From NCBI GenBank assembly GCA_963776245.1, contig CAVZLN010000004.1, forward strand, positions 128,001 to 192,000: a DNA stretch of 64,000 nt. Reading direction: 5' to 3'. The first letter of the stretch is position 1, and each line of letters opens with the position of its first letter. This DNA comes from Candidatus Eiseniibacteriota bacterium (GTDB taxonomy: Bacteria; Eisenbacteria; RBG-16-71-46). The notes below the pieces were generated by a model. It was not told the DNA's origin, made no database searches, and saw only the letters and a list, made by a program, of their open reading frames with translations. Both the position numbers and the translations under genes were made by a program. This document shows positions 9,953 to 19,303 of the stretch, in pieces.

Positions 9953-12237
9953 TGGGCCGCGCCCTGTGCTGGATCGCGCTCGCGCTCACGCTGCCGGCGC
10001 TCGCGGCCGCCGCGCCCGCGACGGCGCCGGCCACGCTGCAGGTCCGATGGTCCCGCGCCTCGATGGCCGTCGGGGAGGTGGCGTCCCTCGAGGTCGTGGT
10101 GCGGGGCGCCACGGGGACCGTCGGGAGCCCCGAGTTCGCCGTGCCGGACGGGCTCGAGGTGCTCTCGAGCGGTCGCACGCAGGGCTTCGCGTGGGTCGAT
10201 GGCAGGTCCTCGAGCGAGGTGGTGTTCCGCTACGAGCTCGGAGCCACGGCGGCCGGCCGGTTCACGGTCGGGCCGGTCCGGGTGGTGGCGGGGTCCCAGG
10301 CGCTGGCGAGCCCGCCGGCGACGCTCATCGTGAGCGCGGCCGCCGCGCGCATCGGCGGTGGCGAGGGCGGTGGAGCGGGCCCGGTGGCCCTGCGCGTCGA
10401 CGTGGAGCCCGCGCGCCCGTTCGTCGGCCAGCCCGTGCTCATGCGCATCCGCCTGGTGCTGCGGGCGCCGCTCGCCGAGGACCCGCAATACAGCGCTCCG
10501 GCGACGCCCGGCTTCTGGGGCGAACCGCCGAGCCCTCCCGAGTCCTACTACGCGGCGCAGGGGAACGCGCGCGTGCAGGTCACCGAGACGCGCACGCGGC
10601 TCTATCCGCTCGCACCGGGGGTGGCGACCATCGGGGTGGCGGAGGCGGTGGTCGCGCTGGCCTCGTCCGAGGGTGACGATCCGCGCGCGTGGGTCGGGGG
10701 GCGGGTGCCGCGGCGCGAAGCCAGGGCCCGCTCGGCGCCGGTGCGCGTCGAGGTGCGTCCGCTGCCGGCGGGCGCGCCGCCGGGCTTCGACGGCGCGGTC
10801 GGCAGCTTCACGCCGGCGTGGAGCGCGGACCGCGCCCGCACCGCGCGCGACGTGCCGGTGACGGTGCGTCTCGACGTGCGCGGCGTGGGCAATCTCCCGC
10901 TGCTGCACACGCCCGCGCTCGCCGCGGACGACTTCGAGGTGTTCACGAGCGCCGTGGACGACAGCCTCGGGGCGCTCGGCATGCTCGACGCCGGGAGGCG
11001 GCGCTTCCAGTGGACGGTGCTGCCGCGACACGAGGGGCCGTTGAGGATCGCGCCGCCTCCGCTGGTGTGGTTCGATCCGGCCGGCGGCGTATACCGCTCG
11101 GCCGTTCTGGCGGCCCTGACGGTGCAGGTCGATCCTCCGCTGCGCGACGGCCCGGCGCCCGCGGCCTTCCCGCCGGTGTTCACCGCGCATCCGGTGGACC
11201 CCGGCGCCCGCCCGGCGGCGCCATGGGGAGGTGTGGTGGCGGGGCTGGCGCTCGGCGCGGCGCTGGCCCTGTGGCGCGCGGCGGGCCGCCCGCCCGCCGA
11301 CGCCGGTGAGCGCGCGCGCCAGCGCGAGTGGCTGCGGGCGGTCGGGTTGGCGCGGGGTCCGGACTTCTGGCGCGCCGCCGACGAGGCCGCGGGATGGCTC
11401 GCGGCGCGCGGCGATGCGGTCCAGGAATTGAGCCGCGCGATCGCCTCGGCGCGCTACGGTGGAGCGGTCCCGGACGAGGAGGCGGTGAGGCGGCGGATCG
11501 TCGAGCGTCTCGGCCACGCGATGCCACCCCCGTCCGGTCCGTGGGGGATGCGGGCGGTGGCGGTGGCACTTGCGGTGGGGGCCGTGGTGATGGCGGTGGC
11601 GTGCGCGCCGAAGCGCGGAGAGGAGGGGGCGGCGCGGCGGGCGCGGGCGGCCGATCAGCGCGCACAGTCCGGGGATGTGGCGGGTGCGGCGGACGAGTGG
11701 CGGCGGCTGTGGAGCGAGGGTGGGCACGCCTCGGGCGTGGCGGCGCGGCTGGCCTGGGTCGCGGTGCGCGACGGTGAGGTCGGCCCCGCGGCGGCGTGGG
11801 TGCTGCGCGGCCGGCGAGGCGAGCCGCGGGATGGCGCGCTGGCGTGGGTGACCGAACGTGTGCGCGAGGGAGGAGGCCTGGTGGGCTCCGCCGCGACGCG
11901 GTTGCCTTTGCGCAGCCTGGAATGGGGACTGCTCGCGCTCGCGCTCGGCGTGGCGGCGGGCGCGGTGTGGCCGCGGCGCGGGGCGGCGGCTGCGCTGGCG
12001 CTGCTCGCGTTCGTGGCGGCGGCGGTCTGGCCGCTCGAAGGGGAGCGCGCGCGCCGTTCGCATGACGCGGTGGTGAGGACGGTGGCGCCGCTCGAAGGCG
12101 CGGCGGTGAGTCTCGACGCCGGCCAGGTGGTGCACGTGGTGGCGCGCGACGGCGGGCGGGTGCGGGTGGTGGCCGGGCGCGGCCTCGAGGGCTGGATGCC
12201 GGCGGAGGCGCTGGTGCAGGCTGAGGACGGCCGATGA
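9952..12237 (+). CDS. batD: BatD-like protein with C-terminal BatE-like (TPR/SH3-like) extension
   Basis: Signal peptide, PFVGQPV, FDGAVGSF, GVGNL, WFDP motifs; C-terminal SH3b-like GWMP. Confidence 0.75.
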   Translation: MGRALCWIALALTLPALAAAAPATAPATLQVRWSRASMAVGEVASLEVVVRGATGTVGSPEFAVPDGLEVLSSGRTQGFAWVDGRSSSEVVFRYELGATAAGRFTVGPVRVVAGSQALASPPATLIVSAAAARIGGGEGGGAGPVALRVDVEPARPFVGQPVLMRIRLVLRAPLAEDPQYSAPATPGFWGEPPSPPESYYAAQGNARVQVTETRTRLYPLAPGVATIGVAEAVVALASSEGDDPRAWVGGRVPRREARARSAPVRVEVRPLPAGAPPGFDGAVGSFTPAWSADRARTARDVPVTVRLDVRGVGNLPLLHTPALAADDFEVFTSAVDDSLGALGMLDAGRRRFQWTVLPRHEGPLRIAPPPLVWFDPAGGVYRSAVLAALTVQVDPPLRDGPAPAAFPPVFTAHPVDPGARPAAPWGGVVAGLALGAALALWRAAGRPPADAGERARQREWLRAVGLARGPDFWRAADEAAGWLAARGDAVQELSRAIASARYGGAVPDEEAVRRRIVERLGHAMPPPSGPWGMRAVAVALAVGAVVMAVACAPKRGEEGAARRARAADQRAQSGDVAGAADEWRRLWSEGGHASGVAARLAWVAVRDGEVGPAAAWVLRGRRGEPRDGALAWVTERVREGGGLVGSAATRLPLRSLEWGLLALALGVAAGAVWPRRGAAAALALLAFVAAAVWPLEGERARRSHDAVVRTVAPLEGAAVSLDAGQVVHVVARDGGRVRVVAGRGLEGWMPAEALVQAEDGR

Positions 12238-12818
12238 GGGCGGTGCTTCACGCGGTGGTGCTCACGGTGGCGGTGCTGGCGCCGGCGGAGTCCCTCGACT
12301 GGCGCGTGCAGCGCGCGGTCCAGTCCGCGCGCCGGCCGGGGCTGGAGGGACCGATGCGGTTCGCCACCGAGATGGGCAAGCCGGTGCTGGTGGCGGGTGC
12401 GCTGGTCGCGCTGGCGCTGCTCGATCGCGCCCAGGGGGTGGCCACGCTGCGCGCCGCGGCGGTCGCGCTGATCCCCACCAATCTGGCGGTGGAGGGGATC
12501 AAGCGTGCGACCTTCCGCACCCGTCCGGATGGCGAGCGCAAGGCTTCGAACGCGTCGTTCCCGTCCAGCCATGCGGCGAATGCCTTCGCCATCGCGTGGG
12601 TCCTGGCGCGGCGCTGGCGCCGGGCGGCGCCGGCGTGGTTCGCCGTGGCCGTGGTGGTGACGATCTCGCGCGTGTACCTGAACCGTCATTTTCTCAGCGA
12701 CGTGGTGGTGGGCGCGGCGATCGGGACGCTGTGCGGGTGGTGGGCGACGCGCCGGCCGCCTGCCCGGGCCGCGGGACCTCCCGGCTCCGCGACCTCCAGC
12801 GGAGCGGCCAGCGGCTGA
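12234..12818 (+). CDS. PAP2-family phosphatase
   Basis: KRATFRTRP, SFPSSHA, SRVYLNRHFLSDV catalytic motifs. Confidence 0.9.
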   Translation: MRAVLHAVVLTVAVLAPAESLDWRVQRAVQSARRPGLEGPMRFATEMGKPVLVAGALVALALLDRAQGVATLRAAAVALIPTNLAVEGIKRATFRTRPDGERKASNASFPSSHAANAFAIAWVLARRWRRAAPAWFAVAVVVTISRVYLNRHFLSDVVVGAAIGTLCGWWATRRPPARAAGPPGSATSSGAASG

Positions 12819-12931
12819 GCCCGTCAGGCGCTCATCTCCGGCCGTCCGCGGGTGCCGGGTGCGGACCGCGCGCAAGAAGTGTGGCCGGCTGGTGCGGGGA
12901 GTGCTAGATTCCCCCCGGAGGACATCTGGTC

Positions 12932-13399
12932 ATGTCCGAAATCACCCTCCCCTCGGTGCTCGACTCCTCGCTCTACATCCCTGATCTCAGGACCCGCCGT
13001 CGCGAATCGGTGCTCGCCGAGATGGTGGCGTGTGCTCATGCCCACGGCGTGATCCGCCATCCCGAGGTGCTGAGCGAACTGCTGGTGCTGCGCGAGCGGG
13101 TGGCCACGACCGCCATCGGCAAGGGGGTCGCGGTGCCCCACGCGCGGTCCGTGGCGGTGCTCGGTTCCCGGCTGGTGGTGGCGCGCTCGAGCCGTGGCAT
13201 CGATTGGGGGGCGCCCGACGCGGCGCCGGTCACGCTGGTGTTCCTGGCGATCTCCCCGACCGAGACCAGCCTGGCGGCGCACCATCATCTGGTGGCCGGC
13301 GCCATCGCCGTCGCCCGGTACCAGAGGACTCGAAGCAAGCTGCTGGAAGCCAAGAGTTTCGAAGTCGTATCGTCGGTGATGCGCGAGGTCATGGCGTGA
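12932..13399 (+). CDS. PTS EIIA domain protein (Ntr/fructose type)
   Basis: RERVATTAIGKGVAVPHAR with the phospho-His; GIDWGAPD; upstream TGCTAGATT extended -10 and GGAGG SD. Confidence 0.9.
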   Translation: MSEITLPSVLDSSLYIPDLRTRRRESVLAEMVACAHAHGVIRHPEVLSELLVLRERVATTAIGKGVAVPHARSVAVLGSRLVVARSSRGIDWGAPDAAPVTLVFLAISPTETSLAAHHHLVAGAIAVARYQRTRSKLLEAKSFEVVSSVMREVMA

Positions 13400-13734
13400 C
13401 CACGGTCGAGACCATCCTCCGGCTCCATGACGTGGACCAGCTGCTGCGCGAGATCGACAACCCCGAGAGCGCGGCCCGCATCCGTCAGATGGGATTCGCC
13501 GCGCCCCAGCCGGCCCCCGCGGCGCGAGCCCGCGAACGGCTCGTCTCGGAGCTCGAGGCGCGCTGGTCGTCGCACTACGTCCGCGCCGAGCGCCGCTACG
13601 GCCGCGGGCTGACCGCGGTGCGCGGCCGCGCCTGCCAGGGTTGCTTCATGACCATGGCGACGGCCGCGGCGCCCCCGGCCGGGGAGTCCCTCACACTCTG
13701 CGAGTCGTGCGGGCGGGTCCTCTACTGGCCCTGA
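13396..13734 (+). CDS. Short C4 zinc-ribbon protein (zf-RING_7, CT398/HP0958-like)
   Basis: CQGCFM...CESCGRVLY; GTGA overlap with the EIIA gene. Confidence 0.8.
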   Translation: MTTVETILRLHDVDQLLREIDNPESAARIRQMGFAAPQPAPAARARERLVSELEARWSSHYVRAERRYGRGLTAVRGRACQGCFMTMATAAAPPAGESLTLCESCGRVLYWP

Positions 13735-13826
13735 CCGGCGGGACCGCGCGGGCATCGCGGGCGCGATTGCGTTAGGCTCCGCGCGACAGGCCACGCTCCA
13801 TCACCCGACCGGGGGAGGACCCGACC

Positions 13827-14246
13827 CTGATTCTCGATCGACGTGCACTGCGTCTGGCGGCTGCGGGCTTAGCGCTGGTGTCCGCGAGTTGCACCTCGCT
13901 GCGCGAGATCCCGCGCACCGATTACACCGTGCAGCCCGACCGTCGGGACGTGCGCGTGACCACGCGTGACGGTCTGCGATACGAATTCGACTACGCGCAT
14001 TTCGAGGGCGACAGCCTGGTGGGCTACCGGCGCCGCGACGTCGACGGCCCGTTCGACGACTACGCGGTGTTGCGCATCCCGCTCGGGGACGTCACCCAGC
14101 TCAGCGCGCGCTCGGTGGACTGGCGGCGCACGGGGCTGCTCGGCGCAGCGATCGTCGCGGGCGGTGTCACGGTCGGACTGGCGACGCGGAAGCATGCCAC
14201 CGAGACGCCCTCGAGCAGCACCGGCACGAAGCCCTTCATCCCCTGA
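13827..14246 (+). CDS. Putative lipoprotein of unknown function (start uncertain, probably CTG 13827)
   Basis: GGAGGA SD then LILDRRALRLAAAGLALVSAS-C lipobox-like; C-terminal hydrophobic segment. Confidence 0.6.
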   Translation: MILDRRALRLAAAGLALVSASCTSLREIPRTDYTVQPDRRDVRVTTRDGLRYEFDYAHFEGDSLVGYRRRDVDGPFDDYAVLRIPLGDVTQLSARSVDWRRTGLLGAAIVAGGVTVGLATRKHATETPSSSTGTKPFIP

Positions 14247-14256
14247 GACCGCGCGG

Positions 14257-14607
14257 TCAGTCGAGCGCGTGCGTGGCGAGCGCCGCGAGCGCCGCGCCGA
14301 AGGCATCCGCGAGCAGGTCGCCCCGGTCGAAGCGGCCGCCAGTGCGGCGGTCCCGGAGCTCCTTCAGGACGCCGAGCGCGAGCGCGCTCGAGGCCGCGAC
14401 GGCGGGCCGGCGCGTGGCGAGCCCGGAGCCGAGACCGAGCGTCAGGGCGAGCGACGCATGCTGGAGCCGGTCGGGGCGCAGCGCCCCGGTCTGCCAGGCC
14501 CGCACCTGCGGCGAGGGCGGCGTGGGCACCGCGTCCTGCGCGTGGGCGGTGACGCAGCACGCCAGCAGCAGCGGCAGAACGATCGGGATCGTCCCGGGAG
14601 CGCGCAT
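14257..14607 (-). CDS. Small membrane protein, YfiM/DUF2279-like
   Basis: Signal peptide; DRLQH...LGVLKELRD...GRFDRGDLLADAFG pattern; only minus-strand gene in the window. Confidence 0.6.
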   Translation of the reverse strand: MRAPGTIPIVLPLLLACCVTAHAQDAVPTPPSPQVRAWQTGALRPDRLQHASLALTLGLGSGLATRRPAVAASSALALGVLKELRDRRTGGRFDRGDLLADAFGAALAALATHALD

Positions 14608-14610
14608 CGG

Positions 14611-16059
14611 TTGAGACCTCCATCGAAGCATCCGTCCACCCCGCCGGAAGAGTCGGCGCTGGCGCTCGCCCGCGCCCGGCTCACGGCCCACCCCTGGCCA
14701 CCGGCGCTCCTCGCGGCCCTCGAACGGTTGCGCGCCGACGGGCACCAGGCCTGGCTGGTCGGGGGCACGGTACGCGATGGACTGCTCGGGCGCGAGGGCG
14801 CCTCGCCCGGCGCCGTGTTCGACGTGGCCACCGACCGGCGGCCGGAGGATGTCAGCGCCCGCTTCGCGCGGGTGGAGCCGGTCGGCATCGCGCACGGGAC
14901 CGTCCTGGTGATCGAACCGGAGGCTTCTCTCGAGGTCACCACGCTGCGTCGCGAGGGCGCGTACGCCGACGCCCGCCACCCCGACCGGGTGGAGTTCACC
15001 GACGACGTGCGCGCGGACCTCGCGCGCCGCGATCTGACGGTGAACGCGCTCGCCTTCGATCCGATGAGCGGGGTGTTGCTCGATCCGTTCGGCGGCCTGG
15101 CCGACCTGGCACACGGTGTGCTCCGGGCGGTCGGCGACCCGGTGGCGCGCTTCCATGAGGATGGTCTGCGCCCGCTCCGCGTGGCGCGGCTGGCGGCGCA
15201 GCTCGAGATGACTCCGGAGCCGGCGACCCGCGACGCGCTGGGAACGGCGCGCGCGCGCAGCTCGAGGGTGGCGGTCGAGCGCGTGCGCGGCGAGCTCGAC
15301 CGCCTGCTGCGCGCGCCCCGGCCGTCGGTGGGCTTCGAGCTGCTGCGACCGGCCGGGCTGCTCGGACTCTGGCTGCCGGAGCTCGAGGCGTGCGTCGCGG
15401 TCCCGCAGAACCGGCATCACGCCTGGGACGTCTACCGCCACAGCCTGTTCACGTGCGATGCGGCGCCGGCCGACAAGCCGCAGGTGCGGTGGGCGGCGCT
15501 GCTCCACGACATCGGCAAGCCCGCGACCCGGGTCGAGCGCCATGGCGACGGCACGTTCTACGGCCACCAGGACGTGGGGGCCGACCTCGCTGACCGGCTG
15601 CTCGAGCGCCTCCGCTTCTCGAACGACCAGCGGCGCGCCATCGTGCACCTGGTGCGCGAGCACATGTTCGACTATCGCCCGGAGTGGAGCGACGCGGCCC
15701 TGCGCCGCTGGCTGCGCCGCGTCGGGGACGGGTCGGTGGCGGACCTCTTCGACCTCCGGATCGCCGACTACATCGGCAATGGCCAGCGCGCGGGTCTCCC
15801 GTTCTATCTCGAGTCCATGCGGGAGCGGATCGATCGGCTGGTGTCCGAGAATCACGCCGTGCGCGTGCGCGACCTCGCGGTGGGAGGAGAGGACGTCATG
15901 CGGGAGCTCGGGATCGGTCCCGGCCGCGCGGTGGGCGAGGCGCTGGAGGCCCTGCTCGAGGAGGTGATCGAGCATCCGGAGGCGAACTCGCGCGCCCACC
16001 TGCTCGGCCGGCTCGCACGCCTGCGGACGGCGCGGTCGGCGGAGGCGCACGAGTCTTGA
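14611..16059 (+). CDS. cca: tRNA nucleotidyltransferase (CCA-adding/PolyA-pol class II) with HD domain; start uncertain
   Basis: VGGTVRD, EVTTLR, DLARRDLTVNA, RFHEDGLR, ALLHDIGK. Confidence 0.85.
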   Translation: MRPPSKHPSTPPEESALALARARLTAHPWPPALLAALERLRADGHQAWLVGGTVRDGLLGREGASPGAVFDVATDRRPEDVSARFARVEPVGIAHGTVLVIEPEASLEVTTLRREGAYADARHPDRVEFTDDVRADLARRDLTVNALAFDPMSGVLLDPFGGLADLAHGVLRAVGDPVARFHEDGLRPLRVARLAAQLEMTPEPATRDALGTARARSSRVAVERVRGELDRLLRAPRPSVGFELLRPAGLLGLWLPELEACVAVPQNRHHAWDVYRHSLFTCDAAPADKPQVRWAALLHDIGKPATRVERHGDGTFYGHQDVGADLADRLLERLRFSNDQRRAIVHLVREHMFDYRPEWSDAALRRWLRRVGDGSVADLFDLRIADYIGNGQRAGLPFYLESMRERIDRLVSENHAVRVRDLAVGGEDVMRELGIGPGRAVGEALEALLEEVIEHPEANSRAHLLGRLARLRTARSAEAHES

Positions 16060-16085
16060 CACTCTTCGCACCCCGCCCGTAGACT
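16056..16085 (+). promoter_or_regulatory. Putative sigma70 promoter TTGACA-N18-TAGACT
   Basis: Perfect -35 overlapping the cca stop; -10 at 16080-16085. Confidence 0.65.
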
Positions 16086-16198
16086 GCTCGCCGCTTTTCA
16101 CAGGCTGGCCTGGGAGATCCGCGACCCGCATCGGACGGGAGTCGGGGATCCTCCCGGCTGGCGGAGGGGCGCGTCCACCGCCCCGGGAACGGATCGGC

Positions 16199-17179
16199 AT
16201 GTCCATTTCCGCAATCCAGAAACCGGTGCGGCGAGAGTTGGAGCGGGTCCAGGCCCGGCTCCGGGGATTGTTCCGCACCCCCATCCCGATCCTGAACCAG
16301 GTGGGCGGTCACGTGCTGGCGACGCGCGGGAAGCGCTTCCGCCCCACGCTGCTCCTGCTGGTGGCCCGCCATCGTCACCGGCTCGACGACGATGCCGTCA
16401 CGGCAGCCGCGGTGGTCGAGATGCTGCACGCCGCCGCGCTCATCCACGACGACTCGGTGGACAAGAGCGGGTTGCGTCGGGGCATGCCCACGGTCAATGG
16501 GCTGTGGACCGACGAGATGGCCATCATCATGGGCGACTACCTCTACGCCCAGTCGATGGCGATGCTGGTCGAGCACCACCTCGAGCTCGCCCAGGAGGTG
16601 CTGGCGCGGGTCGTCACCGAGATGACGTTCGGGGAGGCGATGGAATTCCAGTACGCCTACGACCTCGACGTCACCGAGGAGCAGTACGAGGAGCTCATCC
16701 GCGCCAAGACCGGCTCGCTGATAGCGGCCGCGGCGGAGCTCGGCGCGGGGCTCGACGGCGCGCGGCGCGACGCGCGGGCGCGGCTGCGCTTCCGCGAGTT
16801 CGGCGCCAAGGTGGGGGTGGCGTTCCAGGTCGTGGACGATCTGTTCGACTACCTCGGCAAGCCGGAGACCACGGGCAAGCCAGTGGGCTACGATCTCGCC
16901 GAGGGCAAGGTGACGCTGCCATTGATCGCCGCGCTGCGCGATGCCACCGAGGCGGATCGCAAGCGGCTGCGCAAGCTCGCCCTTCGCAAGCGCTGGACGC
17001 CGGGCCAATGGACGCAGCTCCGCCAGTTGATCGCCCGCGCCGGCGGATTCGACTACGCGCGCCGACGCGCCGACGCGCTCGCCGAGCACGCGCGCGGACT
17101 GCTGGCGGGCGAGCCGGCGGGCGCCGCGCGCCTGGCGCTCTCGCGTGCCTGCGACTACGCGGTGCGGCGCGACCACTGA
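16199..17179 (+). CDS. Polyprenyl diphosphate synthase (IspB/HepT-like)
   Basis: GKRFRP, LIHDDSVD (FARM), RRG, GDYL, FQVVDDLFD (SARM), GKVTLP. Confidence 0.93.
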   Translation: MSISAIQKPVRRELERVQARLRGLFRTPIPILNQVGGHVLATRGKRFRPTLLLLVARHRHRLDDDAVTAAAVVEMLHAAALIHDDSVDKSGLRRGMPTVNGLWTDEMAIIMGDYLYAQSMAMLVEHHLELAQEVLARVVTEMTFGEAMEFQYAYDLDVTEEQYEELIRAKTGSLIAAAAELGAGLDGARRDARARLRFREFGAKVGVAFQVVDDLFDYLGKPETTGKPVGYDLAEGKVTLPLIAALRDATEADRKRLRKLALRKRWTPGQWTQLRQLIARAGGFDYARRRADALAEHARGLLAGEPAGAARLALSRACDYAVRRDH

Positions 17180-17210
17180 GACCCTCCCCTCACCCGATCG
17201 GAACCCGCCC

Positions 17211-17597
17211 TTGACCACGCACGCTCGTGCCCCGCGCCCGCTGCCCGCGCTCGAACTCGTGCGCCTCGCTGCCGCGGCGGCGGTGGCGAAGAAGGCGCGC
17301 GACCCGCTCGCCCTCGATCTGCGGGGACTCGAGGGCGTGTGCGACTACTTCTTCCTGTGCTCGTGCTCGAACGAGACCCAGGTGAAGGCGGTCTCGGAGC
17401 ACATCGAGGACGTGCTGCGCGACCGGGGGCAGCGCGCGTGGCACATCGAGGGGCGCGAGAGCCGCCGCTGGGTGCTGCTCGACTACGTCAACGTGGTGGT
17501 CCACGTCTTCCACGAGAAGACCCGCGAGTACTACCTGCTCGACCGGCTGTGGGGCGACGCCCGGAGCGTGGATCTTGGTCTGGACCTCGCTGAGTGA
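17211..17597 (+). CDS. rsfS: Ribosome silencing factor
   Basis: KKARD...DYF...QVKAVSE...WVLLDYVNVVVHVF...REYYLLDRLW. Confidence 0.93.
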   Translation: MTTHARAPRPLPALELVRLAAAAAVAKKARDPLALDLRGLEGVCDYFFLCSCSNETQVKAVSEHIEDVLRDRGQRAWHIEGRESRRWVLLDYVNVVVHVFHEKTREYYLLDRLWGDARSVDLGLDLAE

Positions 17598-19303
17598 CGG
17601 GCTGGCCGAGGCGCTGCGCGCCGTCGGACTGTTCAGCCCTGAGCGCCTCGCCCGGCTCGAGCTCGCCATACCGCGCGAGCGCGCGCACGGCGACTGGACC
17701 ACCAATCTCGCGCTGCTGCTGGCGAAGGACTCGGGCCGTCCGCCGCGCGCGCTGGCCGAGGCGCTGGCCGGGGCGTTCCCGTCCGACCCGGCCATGTTCG
17801 GGACCGTCGAGGTGGCCGGACCGGGATTCCTGAACCTCCGCTACAGCGACGCGTTCCTCGACCGCCTGCCGGCGCGGATCGTGCGCGAGGGGGACGGTTT
17901 CGGGCGCCACCCGCACGCCGGTGGCACCGCGGTGCTGGTGGAGTACGTGAGCGCCAACCCGACCGGACCGCTCAACGTGGTGAGCGCGCGCGCGGCGGCG
18001 GTGGGAGCCACGCTGGTGCGCCTGCTGGCGGCGACCGGCCACCGCGCCGAGGGCGAGTTCTACGTCAACGATGCCGGCAACCAGGTGGACCTGCTGGGCG
18101 AGTCGGTGGCGGCGCGCTTCGCGTCCGCCCACCAGATCGAGCGCCCGTTCCCGGAGCAGGGCTACCTCGGCGAGTACGTGCGCGACGTCGCCGCGTCGCT
18201 CGAGCCGTCGCCGGCGCGGGCCGCGCTGGCCGACCCGGCGGGGGCGCGGTGGTTCCGCGAGCGTGCGCTCGAGCGCATGCTGGCGTGGCAGAAGCGCGAC
18301 CTGGAGGCCTACGGCGCCGAATTCGCCCGCTGGTTCCACGAGTCCTCCCTGCACGCCTCGGGCGCCGTGGGCGAGACCCTCGCCGCGCTCGAAGCGCGGG
18401 GCGCGGTGTACCGCGCGGTGCGGCCCGAGTCGGGTTACGAGCGTCCCGAGGACGCGCCGGCGGCCGAAGGGGGCGAAGCGACCTGGCTGCGCGCCTCGCG
18501 CTTCGGCGACACTCAGGACCGCGTGCTGCTGAAGAGCGACGGCGCGCCCACCTACCTGCTCCCGGACACCGCCTACCATCGGGACAAGCGCGCGCGGGGG
18601 TTCCGGCACGCCATCAACCTGTGGGGGCCCGATCACCACGCCTACGTCCGGACGCTCGCCGCCGCGCTCGCGGCGCTCGGGCTCGAGCCCGACTTTCTGC
18701 AGGTGCTCATCGTGCAGCAGGTGAACCTGCTCAAGGACGGCCAGCCGTTGCGGATGAGCAAGCGCAAGGGCGAGTTCATCACGCTGCGCGAGCTGGTGGA
18801 CGAGGTCGGGCCCGACTGCGCGAAGTTCTTCTTCCTGATGCGCTCGACCAACGCGCATCTCGATTTCGACCTCGACCTCGCGAAGCGCCAGACGGACGAG
18901 AACCCGGCCTTCTACGTGCAGTACGCGCACGCGCGCATCTGCTCGATCCTGAGCCGGGCGGCGGAGCGCGGGGCCCGGCGCGGGTGACGGGCCGGTGCGT
19001 CTCGCGACCCCCGAGGAACATCTGCTGGTGCGCCGGCTGGCGTCGTTCCCGGAGGTCGTGCGCGGTGCGGCGTTCGCGCGCGAGCCCCACCGCGTGCCGG
19101 CCTTCCTGATGGAGACCGCCGCGGACTTCCACCGCTTCTATCATCACTGCCGCGTGCTCACCGAGGACGCCGCGCTCACGCGCGGCCGGCTGCTCGTCGC
19201 CGAGGCCACCCGGGTCGTGGTGCGGAATGGGCTCGCGCTCCTCGGCGTCTCGGCGCCCGAACGCATGGAGCGCGCGGATCAGGACGAGGAGACCGGAGCA
19301 TGA
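17575..19303 (+). CDS. argS: Arginine--tRNA ligase, apparent frameshift near 18975 (probable sequencing error)
   Basis: HGDWTTN, AGPGFLN, VEYVSANPTGPL, MSKRKG, YVQYAHARICS; anticodon-binding C-terminus (FHRFY...LLGVSAPERM) in the next frame. Confidence 0.92.

Noticed and set aside
12889..12905. Sigma54-like GG-N10-GC before the PTS EIIA gene
   Set aside because: Poor match to TGGCAC; the overlapping extended -10 TGCTAGATT explains the site better
18985..18987. TGA read-through or selenocysteine in argS
   Set aside because: The downstream domain is in a different frame, so read-through would not restore it
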